Assembly: GCF_001194135.2 (NCBI RefSeq)
Contig: NC_068993.1
Coordinates: 32,388,810-32,425,864 of the forward strand
DNA length: 37,055 nt
Source: Octopus bimaculoides
Taxonomy: Eukaryota
Reading direction: 5' to 3'
Both the position numbers and the translations under genes were made by a program. The stretch's first letter is position 1. Each line of letters starts with the position of its first letter. Under the pieces are notes generated by a model. It was not told the DNA's origin and made no database searches. It saw nothing but the letters and a program-made list of their open reading frames with translations. Shown here piece by piece: positions 1-10,772 of the stretch.

Positions 1-2308
1 GAGGAGGAGGAGGAGGAGGAGGAGGAAACAGTAGCAGATGATTATGAGGAAGAGTGTGAAACAGTAGTAGAAAGTGATAATGAAGGGGTATGAGATTAAG
101 AAAATGAAAAAGAATGAAATCACTATGTGCCTGAGGATACTGATGGAATAAGCAGTGAAGATGACCTAGTTGGACAAATGGCAGTAAATGTTGCACAAGT
201 CTTGAACGATGAAGAGAAGAAGATTTTAGAAATGCTGGGAGGTAAAATGCGTGGTGAGAACAATGAAGTTCCACCAAATGAAAGATATATGGACGGAGGA
301 AAAGCAAAGTAAATGGCGTTTTGAGTTTCGTTAAAACAGAGAACATTAGTGAAACAAACCATCTAATCATAGCTGTTGTTAATGTTGTAACTGACAACAG
401 GATACAAGCAGAAGAAAAGAAAGAAGCAAACTGGAGGAAGAGAATATGAATGAAGTTGGAAAACAGGGGAGAACTGGAACAGGCTAGTGAGACATGAAGA
501 AAGTACTGAGTTGCTAACACAGGTGTAGTGACAACTTGCAACAGTACCAAAACAAGAAGACTTAAGAATTGATCTGTATGTAGTGAGACTGAAGTTTTAA
601 AAAGTAGCAAATTGGAAAGGACCTAGCTCGAACGAGTGCAAGGTTATTGGCTGAAAGATTTTACACAGTTACATGAAAGAATCGCTGCACCATTGGATGA
701 ATGTTTGCAGTAGGCACACATCTCTACTTGGATGAGAAGTGGTCGAACTTTGATATGTTCCAAGGACACCTTGAAAGGTAAATTGGTATTAAATTTTTGA
801 TCTATAAACTGTTTACCACTTATGTGGAAATTAATGACCAGTATCATGGTGGTGAAGTTATATAATCATCTGGAAAGTAATAATCTACTTCCAGTAAAAC
901 AGAAAGGATGCAGGAAGCAAAGTAGGGCAACACACGACCACTTATTAGTTGATAAAATGATAATTAAAAAATGTAGACACAGATTGACAGAATTTAATGT
1001 AGCATGATTCGTTTACAGAAAAGCATATGACATGTCACCGCACAATTGAATAAGCATGTTTGGAATGGCAGAAAATATGGAGAAAACGGTTAATGAATGT
1101 ACGAAGCATTGGAATACTGAACTGAGTGTAGGAAAACAAAGACTTGGGAAAGTGAATATCAGACGTGGTATATTTCAAGCTGATGGCTTATCTCCATTAA
1201 TATTCGTATTGACCATGATACCACTCAGTTTGATATTACGAGAAATTAAAATAGCCTTTGATTCGGAAAAAGGATATGACCAGATAACTTGTCTCCTTTT
1301 TTATGAATGATATAAAACTTTATGCGAAAAATGAGGAGCTTGAAAGTCTTGTATATACTGTTTGCATTTTTCTCAAATGATGTAGGTATGGAATTTGGGA
1401 TTGAAAAGTACGCTCCATTGATAATGAAGCGAGAAAGATTTGCAGGAAACCATGGAACTGAAATACTAAATGGGCAAACAATAAAAGTATTTGAGAAAGA
1501 ACAGTGGTATAAGTATTTGGCAATACTACAGGCAGATGAAATAAAACATGAAGAGATGAAGCAGGTTACCAGTAGGGAGTATACAAGGAGAGTAAGAAAA
1601 ATATGACATACAAAGCTGAATTCAAAAATTGTTATTGAAGCAATAAATGCAACTACAGTACCGGTTATCAGAAATGGAGATAGAATTGTAGATTAGATCA
1701 AAAGCGACATACAGAAATTGATAGAAAAACTAGAAAGATGTTGATTATGCATGGAGCCCACCACCCGAAAGATAATATTAACCGATTGTACTTGAAGAGA
1801 GACCAGGGTGGAAGAGGCTTAGTTGATGTGGGAGAGTGTGTACAAATGGAAAGAAAAAGCCTACTTACAGTCTATTTACAGAACAGCACAGAGAAATTAC
1901 TAAAGACAATGAATAAAGAACAGGCTATCAAATGTGGAATTGGAAAAAAAGGATAAGAATTAAATTCAAAGAGGATATGTTAAGCAGATTTAGGAGAAAC
2001 CTTTGCATGGTCAGTTTCGGAAAGCCACTGAGGATGTATGTGGAACAAAACCCTGAGCTTGGTTGAAAAAAAGGTAATTGAATAAAGAAACAGAGAGCTT
2101 TATTATAGTAGGTGAATATCACGTGTTAAAAACAAACAACTTGAGGAAATATATGTTTGGGGACAAGGTGTCAGCAGAGTGTAGAATTTGAGATAAAACG
2201 ATGACACTCATTGTTGCAGAACGTCTCAAGTCGGTTTAGGGAGAATATAAGAAATGAGGGCATGATCATGTTGTGAAAGTTATGTACTGGAAGCTTTGTC
2301 AGAAATGG
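1..2308 (+). mobile_element. Degenerate R4/Dong-clade (RLE-type) non-LTR retrotransposon, nearly full ORF, many stops and frameshifts
   Basis: Ordered motifs on +: acidic N-terminus, NWKGP (pre-RT NWKAPG, ~610), WKLMTSI..QKGCR (822-1007), RKAYD, RRGIFQADGLSPL (RT, 1056-1310), YKYLA (~1510), HGAHHPKDNINRLYLKRDQGGRGL (1738-1956), LHGQF (~2005), RHDHVVKVMYWKLCQK (RLE region, ~2258-2306). The 5' end runs off the window. Confidence 0.9.
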
Positions 2309-2718
2309 CGAAGGAACAAGCTCAGAAAAGGGCTATCAAAACAACGAACTTAGCACCTGAACAACTCTGGACCCCTATAACAATTGAAGAGGTCACCCGG
2401 GCAGTACAAAAACTAAGCGACTGGAAGGCACCTGGGCACCTTTGGAAACATGGGTATTTCGTTCGACATCCACAAACAACCTTTATTCAAGGCTCTTTTG
2501 AGCGGGATGGGCTACTCGACCTGAAGAAAATTCTAACTGGGCCCCACCTGCGAGGTCATGCGCTGTTTATCTTGATATGAGACCACTATGTCGCGCACAT
2601 ATGGTTGTGATGCATGTGCCTGGTGTACACTTATCAGACGGGTAGTCATGATGGGTATTCTGGGCTTCGTATATTTTACCCCAGTGTCACTTTGATGGCA
2701 TGCCCTGCTCTCTCACTC

Positions 2719-2720
<2 letters not shown>
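2309..2720 (+). mobile_element. Second LINE-derived piece: R4-like pre-RT fragment (PITIEEVTRAVQKLSDWKAPG) joined to a 3'UTR/SINE-like segment ending in an (AAT)n tail
   Basis: WKAPG motif in ORF 2296-2580. About 280 bp of non-coding sequence follows and ends ...ctctcactc directly before (AAT)n. I recall it as an abundant octopus repeat; family assignment is inference. Confidence 0.6.
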
Positions 2721-2750
<30 letters not shown>

Positions 2751-2830
2751 TTATGATGACGACGACGACAACAACAACAATAATAGCAACAACAGCAACA
2801 ACAATAATAATGAATAATAATAATAATAGT
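2719..2830. repeat. Compound trinucleotide microsatellite (AAT)n/(GAC)n/(AAC)n
   Basis: Read directly. Confidence 0.95.
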
Positions 2831-3504
2831 TTATAAAAATTAGTTCAAGTTCCACATTGTATAATGAATACCAAGATATATTGCCTGAAAATAAGCTGGT
2901 ATGGTCATGATTGGAACTTCTTTGAACATATTATGTTTGATCAGAACTGACCCAGAGCTAAACAACGACAACAATAATCCACTGTCTTTCTATGGTCGTC
3001 TTTGATAATCTTTGATGAAACACCAGAAACAATAGGAAATGTTAATTTCGCCACTGAGAACCAATGAGACATGTTACTTCGACATCTTGATGTGTCTTGG
3101 AATTTGGTTCCAAAACGACTAATGACTGATTTCTGTTGTTACATTAAGGCAGGGTGTGACGCCATCTGATATCTCCGACCTACTGCTGCTGCTGCTGCTA
3201 CTTCTGCTGCTATCAGAGACAGGTTAATACAAATGATTGTTGCCTTACAACATTATTATCCTCTTATCGGTGTGATTATTACAAAGAAAAGCTTTTTACA
3301 TACGAAAACAAATGAATAAATAAATAGATAAATAAATAAATAAATAAAGTACTTCTCCGACTGCTAACGCTATGTCGAGATTAATGTCGGCTTGAAACAT
3401 AGCGGTTTTGATTACTGTGTTATGTTGTGCTGTTAGTTATTTCTTGGTTCTCCTATTTCACCCCTCCGTGACCACCACCACCACCACCTGCTGGTCTACG
3501 GTCT

Positions 3505-3509
3505 CTTTC

Positions 3510-3565
<56 letters not shown>

Positions 3566-4110
3566 CATATGAATTCACTGATTCAACAACTAATGTTATG
3601 ACAAAATACATTCGAACCTTTAAAACATCTTGCTAACATCTATACATACATACATACATACATACATACATACATACATACATACATACATACATACAAG
3701 CATGCATGCATGCATACATATATGCATACATCCATAATACATACATACAGACAGACAGACAGACAGACAGATAGACAGACAGACAGATAGACAGACAGAC
3801 AGACAGACTGACTTACATTCATACATATATACATACTTACATACGCCCAGTGCATTGATTTATACGCGGACTGTAAGTCTGCTAAGACGGCTCTGTGTGT
3901 GTATATGTATGTATGTATGTATGCATATATAAACATATATATATATACACACACATATATATATACATAGATACATAATACATATGCACATATACATATA
4001 TGTATATATGTATGTGTGTGTCTATATGTATGTGTGTGGTGTGTATGTATGTGTGTATCTATATGTGTGTTTAGTGTGTGTGTGTGTGTGTGTGCGTGTG
4101 TTTACGTGTG
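3505..4110. repeat. Microsatellite cluster: (CT)n, (TACA)n, (GACA)n, (TA)n, (TG)n
   Basis: Read directly; source of spurious ORFs 3620-3954. Confidence 0.9.
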
Positions 4111-4349
4111 TGAGTGGGTGTAAAACAAAGAATGTATCTCAAATATACCTCAAATAAGAATGTTACCTCATGGGTCATATAAATGCTTTGGTCACTATTC
4201 ACATCGTCAACCACTGTTGAATTAGAGCCAGTTATCTGTTTAGTCACACAATACATCTAACTACTCGTCTTAATTCTCATTGGTCCAGTTCTTCTAGCTT
4301 ATAATAAGTGCAACCTAACTAACTATAAGCGCAACACGAAGTCCCTACG

Positions 4350-4520
4350 TGGTCACTTGTCTTACTAAAAATAGTAAGCAAATTCCCTTCAAATTATATC
4401 CTACCCTCTTAGCAAAGGTCCGATTAGATAGTATTCTTCAAATTACAACTCTATCCGAAAATATTGGGAATGTCACAGTGAGAATGGCTTCGATCCTATG
4501 CCTGTCTGATCAGAGATGAA
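4350..4520 (+). mobile_element. Degenerate SINE-like interspersed repeat
   Basis: ggtcacttg..ctaaaaatag..aaattcccttcaaatta and gtcacagtgagaatggcttcgatc resemble a recalled octopus repeat. Weak similarity to the reverse complement of 29545-29620. Confidence 0.4.
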
Positions 4521-4666
4521 GTGAGAAAAGGAACAAGAATATAACGACTACATCAATCGATTACTTGCCCATCTTTGCTGCAAGACATCATTGAAGATAC
4601 CATGTGTGCAATCTATCTACTGTAAACCAAATGGAGTGCAAGGATGTAAAGTTAATGTGGCTTAGC

Positions 4667-4730
4667 AATGTAACGAGTGCTCAGTTAGGATGCAATAGCG
4701 CGTTCGAATCTCATCGTCGCTAAACATCAA
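4667..4730 (+). mobile_element. tRNA-derived SINE head remnant
   Basis: A-box-like gtggcttagcaatg and B-box gttcgaatc at tRNA-like spacing; no intact cloverleaf. Confidence 0.35.
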
Positions 4731-4834
4731 CAGAGTTAGTAGTAGAGTAGAAGGATACTGGCAATGATTCGTTCACCTCAACAAGCAGTAAATACAAACA
4801 GTTCACACAAAAGACTGTTCCAGGTTGATGGATT

Positions 4835-4920
4835 GACAGAGCTGTAAGAATGCTGGACCAGATGCCTTGCAGTATTTGTTCCGGCTTTTTCTTAGTGTTC
4901 TGAGTTCAAATCCTACCTTG
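4835..4920 (+). mobile_element. SINE head remnant, same family as 27822-28036
   Basis: gttctgagttcaaatcc B-box context is shared with 27882-27899; preceded by a similar ..aatgc..tag..gtattt segment. Confidence 0.5.
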
Positions 4921-5554
4921 GCCTACATAGGTGATAAACTTCATTTTTTGATTGGTTTAACACCATCGCGTGACTCCTCGGGAGCCTTCCTCCTGCAGAG
5001 AAGTGCCTAAAAATTCGGGTGGCTCGCTTCATTTGAAAACTGTGCATTTACCATTGATGTAGCTTGAAGTTTGGGGCGGTCCAACAAGAATGAGTTGTTC
5101 GTGATACATCCTAGGGAGGTAACATGGTACACTTATAAAACTCACATCTGTACCATTCATCAAAATGTGCAGTGGTGAGTTTGTGTGTGTGTGTGTGTGT
5201 GTGCGTGTGTGTGTGTGTGTGTGTGTGAGTGTGTGTGTGTGCGTGTGCGTGTTTTAAATTATTTACTATTTGTCATTTAAGAGCGTATCTGTGGTAGCCC
5301 TATCTTCACATCTCTGGTGATTAATGGTGATGAAGTTAACGACGTCGACGACAGCAACGGCAATGATATGATGACGACGACAACGACGGCTACGACTACA
5401 ACGACGATGATGATGATGATAATATTTTTTCCTAAAAGAAAAAGAAGAAATGCTCTTCTTTCGAACGTGAATTTTGAGTAAACACGGATTTTTGACTCGC
5501 GGTGAAAAGTAAATCTTGAGGTTAAGCCACGTTCATTCTCTCTCTCTCCCTCTC

Positions 5555-5604
<50 letters not shown>

Positions 5605-6704
5605 ATTAAGAAAAGGAAATCGCCCTGGCTAGTGTCAGTATGCCTTGCCTCATCGGAGATCAGTTACACATTTTGCTGACCACAGAGACAATAGTAACTT
5701 GTAGCTGTGTATGATATACACAGACAAGGATAGAATTAAATTCACTCAGTCCTAATTTGCATAAAAGAATAAGCGTAAGCAGTGTGAACAATTAAAAAAA
5801 TTACGAGTTACCTTGTTTAATAGACCTGTAACATAAACCTATGTGCAAGTGTGCAGAGTAAACAGTTTCGTTGCCAAAAGTAGACACTCAAGCTATATCA
5901 TAATTTCTATCTTATGTTCTCCTCACGCCAGTGCTTGTACTGTTACAAGAAGTAGGGCAGACCAATTCAATTCTATTTGAATTTGTGCGTAATATAAATA
6001 ACTATAAAACACTATTCTTTCTGTAGTCAGAACAGCACGTTACTCAAGCCTGATGAAGCGATAAAAAAAAAAACAATACTAAAACCAGTTGGGCCAGTTT
6101 CTTTTCTTGTCCATCTTGAATATGTGTCTTCTACTATATTTTCGGATTGACAAAAACATTGACAGAAACTATGCCAAAAGTCTCCTAGAAAAAGACAGTG
6201 TCTTTCCCTTAATGACATGTTAATTCTGATGAATTGTTGATTCCTTGAGATTATTTCACCTTTGCATTCGAAAATGGGGGCATAACCTTCATTAATAACG
6301 ATTACCGTTAAGTGGTTGTTTACCTTCTTTCAAAATTTCAATGAATCGAGAATATTTTCTGTATATTTGGTATTCCTTTCTTCGTTTTCATTGACTACGG
6401 TGAATTATTTCTCTTAACATATTTTATTTATATATACGTATAGGCATACATATCAATGTATGTATGCATATATATAAATTAATAAAGTTGAAGTGGAGAA
6501 CAAATATATAGTACGTGTGTTTAATTGGCAAAATATGACCAGCTCCAAGTATAACAATACATATCAATACACACACACACACACACACACACATACATAA
6601 ACACAAACATACACACATACGTGTGTGTGTGTGTGTGTGTGTCTATGTCGTTTATGTAGTATGGCCTTTATGACACGCTCAACAAACAAAACAAAAACGA
6701 TGAA

Positions 6705-6785
6705 ATAAATGAGGTCGATATGATTGACTTTTCCTTTAAGCTAGTGCAGCAACATGGCCGCAGTTCACTGAGTAAAAGTAGTCAA
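6705..6785 (+). mobile_element. Decayed SINE 3' end
   Basis: ggtcgat..gact..cagcaacatggccgcagtt resembles 29880-29950 (ggtcgat..cgact..ccagcatggccacagtt). Confidence 0.45.
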
Positions 6786-7080
6786 ATAATGTGTGTTGGA
6801 TGTTTGGCATAGTTTCTCTCTCTTTCTCTCTCTCTCTTTCTCTATCTCTCCCTTTCTCTATCTCTCTATCTCTTTCTCTAGCTCTCTCTTCTTTCTCTCT
6901 CTCCCTCCCTCTCTTCTTTCTCTCTATCGATACACACATACATACACTTATATGTATGTGCGCGCGTATATCTAAACATCTGTCCAAATCTCTCCTTTTC
7001 ACTTCTTCAACAGTCACACACATACATATACACACACACACACATACAAACATACAAACATACATACATCCATGCATACA

Positions 7081-7646
7081 TGATGATGGCCGTCCACTCG
7101 TGACCAAGGAAGATCATTGCCAACCTTCAGGCACATTGTGCGCTCTAGGACTAACTTATATTTTCCATTTACGGCTCCGTTGGTGGCTAATGATCTCTGC
7201 TCTTGACAACATACACGACTGCAAACATTGCAGACCAAGCTTTCTCCATTCACTATACGAGCCGTGCGCTTTCGTGCAGCTCGCTTAAGTTCTTCATGCT
7301 AGATACGTGCTCTCTCATCTGTGGCGATGACAGGCATTGTTCTCCCAGTCAGTGTCCTGCATATCACAGGCCTTTAATGAGGACTTGACACAGTCCTTAA
7401 AGCGCAGCCTTGGTTTCTGCCGGAGTCTCCTTCCATTCACAAGTTCTCCATAGAGCATCTGCTTAGGAATCCTGCTATCCTTCATTCTAATAAGGTGTCC
7501 AGTCCAACGTAACCGGTGCTTGTGTACCATCGCCTCAATAATCAAGATATCAGCTGTCCTCAGGATCTGTGTGTCTGGAATTTTTGAGGTCCAGCCAACA
7601 TTGAGAATGTGTCTGAGACATCTCTGATGAAAGCGTTCAAGGACCC

Positions 7647-7647
<1 letters not shown>
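7081..7647 (-). mobile_element. 5'-truncated RTE (BovB-like) LINE 3' end
   Basis: Minus strand: VLERFHQRCLRHIL..EAMVHKHRLRWTGHLIRMKDSRIPKQMLYGELVNGRRLRQKPRLRFKDCVK, the characteristic RTE C-terminus. Ends in a (CAT)n tail; flanked both sides by (TACA)n. Confidence 0.9.
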
Positions 7648-7677
<30 letters not shown>

Positions 7678-7775
7678 CATACATACATACATACATACAC
7701 ACATACATACATACATACATACATACATACATACATACATACATGCATACATACATACACATATACATACATATA
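7648..7775. repeat. (TACA)n microsatellite
   Basis: Read directly. Confidence 0.95.
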
Positions 7776-8145
7776 CAATCATAATATTGTGTAAGCAAAT
7801 TTATTTGAAGCAAAAGTTCTTTCTTTACATGTTTTATTTCTTTTCTGTTTTTGTTTATTATAAGTTATTATTCTTATTTATTTTATTCTTTATTTTATTC
7901 TTCTCTGATTTGATCGATGTAATTCTACTGAAAACTGGACGGCAAAATGACATTATTTGGAATATTAATCGATTTTGTTCACTATCAGATTCCTTGTTGA
8001 TAATTTAGGGCTCATAATTCTTTTGAGAGTGTCGACAGAACCTTAGGAAATTATCACAAGCCTTGCTATGAAAATAATGGTCCTTTTGGATGTGGGGGGG
8101 ACGTGGTGGTGGTGATGGTAGAAGCATCAACCAGCAGCATCAACT

Positions 8146-8190
<45 letters not shown>

Positions 8191-8676
8191 ACAGCAGCTC
8201 TATCGAAAGCGACTGAGAAGAGTAACAGACATATACAATTTCTTGAAGTATAATTATGCTGTTGTTGTTCCTGCTGTTGTTATTTGTTGTTGTTGTTGTG
8301 GTTGTTGTTGTTGGATGTTATTCAAAAGATTGTGACAGTCAGGGGAAATGTTAGAGGTAGCATGTAGAGCATAGTAAGATAAAACTTTTATCTCCCACAG
8401 TGTCATACATATATATATATAACATATACGTACGTATATGTGTGTGGGTGTGTGAGTGCGGGCGCGTGTGTGTCTATTTTATGTATATTATTTATGTATT
8501 ACATCTGTATATATGTACATACTATATAGTATGCATATACAGAGATACACGCGCGCACACACACATATGTATGTATGTATATATGCATACATATATATAT
8601 GTGTATATATTTGTATGTATACTTATGCAAAAGCGCATTGTGACCAGCAATGTGTTACAACATGTTAGCCTGGTCG

Positions 8677-8800
8677 GTCACATGGTTCCGGATTCAGTCC
8701 CATTGCGTGGCACCTTAAGCAAGTGCCTTCTGCTATAGCCTCGGGCTGACCAAACACTTGTGAGTGGATTTGGTAGACGGAAACTGAAAGAAGCCTGTCG

Positions 8801-8851
<51 letters not shown>

Positions 8852-9014
8852 GTGTGTGTGCGTGTGTGTGCGCGCGAGTGTGTGTGTGTGTTTTGTGACT
8901 GTGTTTGTCCCCCACCATCGCTTGACAACCGATGCTGGTGTGTTTACGTACCTGTAACTTAGGGGTTCGGCAAAAGAGACCGATAGAATAAGTACTAGGC
9001 TTACAAAGAATAAG
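8677..9014 (+). mobile_element. tRNA-derived CORE-like SINE with internal (TA)n(TG)n microsatellite
   Basis: B-box-like ggattcagtccc, CORE-like tggcaccttaagcaagtg, then gtagacggaaactgaaagaagc. The 3' part (accgatagaataagtactaggcttacaaagaataag) follows the microsatellite. Homologous segments are inverted at 14158-14311 and 16898-16980. Confidence 0.85.
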
Positions 9015-9029
9015 TTAAAGGAAGATATA

Positions 9030-9098
9030 ATATATCCTATCCATAAGGAAGGTATCAGAGAAGATGCTCAAAATTACAGACTTGTCTCTCTAACCTCA
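9030..9098 (+). mobile_element. Small CR1/Jockey-like RT fragment
   Basis: Translates IYPIHKEGIREDAQNYRLVSLTS, matching the PIHKKG..NYRPVSLTS RT-entry motif. Confidence 0.7.
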
Positions 9099-9178
9099 CA
9101 ACAATCACAACCACAATGACAAGAGTAACAGCAGCAGCAACAACAATCACAAAGTTAAGAGACTAGCATTACAAACTA

Positions 9179-10447
9179 TCAGGTTGAGTAAAAAGTAAGC
9201 AATGTTTTGAACCATGAAGAATTTGTACCGGATTTTTGCAGGGTTTTGAATTTGTTTCAAACATTTTTATGCAACTGTCTGATAATATAGACATAGACTT
9301 GCCCAAATGCATCAATAAATTAACATTGGTATTTTTTCACCGTTGTTATAATCATCTGAAATGGAAATGTCAAAGCGCGATATTCGAGCAATTTTGCTAT
9401 TCAGCTTCAAAAAAGGACGTAAAACAGCTGAAACTGCTCGCGATATCAACGAAACATTTAATGAGGAAATGACCAGTGAGTGGTCAGCTCAAAAATAGTT
9501 TAAACGCAGTGGAGATCTGAGACTTGAAGATCGTGAGCGTAGTGGACGCCCATCTGTCATCGAGGACGATCAATAAAAAAAAAAAAGACCGTCATTGAGA
9601 AAGATCCACGTAATACCACTCGAGAACTGGCAAAAGAACGTCAAGTTAGCTAGAAAACTGCCTGCAACTATTTGCATGCGATCGGAAGATCAAAAATGCT
9701 CGACAAAGTGGTACCACACGATTTGAATGAAAATCAGAGAAAATGTGCAGATATGAAATTTGCTTGTCGCTTCTTCTCCGTAACTAGACCGAGCCATTTC
9801 TCGACTGCATTGTAACTTGCGACGAAAAGTGGATTCTGTAAAATATTAAACGTTCTTCGCAGTGGTTGGACCAAATGAAGCACCGAAAACCTTCCCTAGA
9901 CCCAAGCTCTTCAAAAAGAAGGTTATGGCGATTGTTTGGTGGTGTTCTGCTAGATTCATCCACTATAACTTCTTAAAACTCGGAAAAACCGTTATTGCAG
10001 AAACATATTGCCATGAAATTGCCAAAATGAACGAAAAACTGCAATTCCTCCGTTCCAAACTGGTCAAAAGAATAGGTTCAATTACTCTTCATGACAATGC
10101 TCGACCACACGTTTCACTAATGACACTAATTGGCTACAATATTCTTTCCTACCCAGCTTATTCCCCAGACCTTTCTCCTACCGAATACCACTTTTTCAAG
10201 CACCTTGATGGTTTCCTGCGAGAGAAGGAGTTCAAAAATCAAACCGATGCTGAAAGTGCGTTCAAAGAGTTCATCAGCTCCAGAACTCCAGATTTCTATG
10301 TTACCGGAATAAACAAACTTGTAACTCGTTGGCAAAAATGTGTTGATTGTAATGGTACTTACTTTGATGAATAAAATTTCCGCATTGTTGAAATATATTG
10401 TGATGGATTTCATGTTCCAAACATGGCTTACTTTTTACTCAGCTTGA
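9179..10447 (+). mobile_element. Full-length (1269 bp) mariner transposon, Hsmar1/cecropia-like, inactive
   Basis: Left TIR tcaggttgagtaaaaagtaagcaatg (9179-); right TIR reverse complement tcaagctgagtaaaaagtaagccatg (-10447); TA at 9177-78 and 10448-49. Confidence 0.95.
9361..10374 (+). pseudogene. Mariner transposase pseudogene
   Basis: MEMSKRDIRAILLFSFKKGRKTAETARDIN.., RSGRP, VPHDL, IVTCDEKWILY, HDNARPH, YSPDLSPTEYHFF, RWQKCVDCNGTYF. Internal stops and frameshifts. Confidence 0.92.
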
Positions 10448-10449
10448 TA

Positions 10450-10727
10450 CATGGCAATAAGTACAAAGACGAAGATTTTTATGAATTACATGAAACCACA
10501 CACCAACGTAACACAAACAGATTTTGTCACATCCACAGTCTCCTACACACGTACAAATCGTTCAAACAACACAAAGTACACACACACACCTAAAAACCCA
10601 ATTCCCACAGGAAATCGGAGATTTTCGAGGGAATATCACCAAGAGAATACTTGGTGATTTGCTCGTGGAAATACCCCGATCCAACAGGAAGGACGGACAA
10701 ACTGCCCCTCTAAACAAAATCAAGTAA
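10450..10727 (+). pseudogene. Probable C-terminal part of ORF1 of the Tx1-like element
   Basis: Frame ending ..ILGDLLVEIPRSNRKDGQTAPLNKIK* lies directly upstream of the APE domain. Assignment is by position only. Confidence 0.5.
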
Positions 10728-10772
10728 GTTTTCCTTTTCTTTCCTTTTCTTTCCTTTTATTTTTCTGGCAAG

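Noticed and set aside
2990-3160. Short open minus frame (QQKSVISRFG..)
   Set aside because: Bounded by stops, no homology recognised.
3620-3954. CMYV/SLSL/THTH-type ORFs throughout the window
   Set aside because: Translations of microsatellites.
4071-4256. Possible minus-strand exon (MYCVTKQITG..THE|gtaac)
   Set aside because: Weak acceptor, no recognisable product, no partner exons.
4667-4730. Possible tRNA gene
   Set aside because: Acceptor and anticodon stems do not pair; better explained as a SINE head.
6027-6218. 63-aa minus ORF
   Set aside because: Short, unrecognised, and overlaps a poly-A run and the decayed hammerhead-like motif.
10090-10190. Third catalytic residue is E and D..E spacing is 29 in the mariner, suggesting a new DDE class
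   Set aside because: The copy is a pseudogene with stops; a 15-bp deletion plus a point change explains it.
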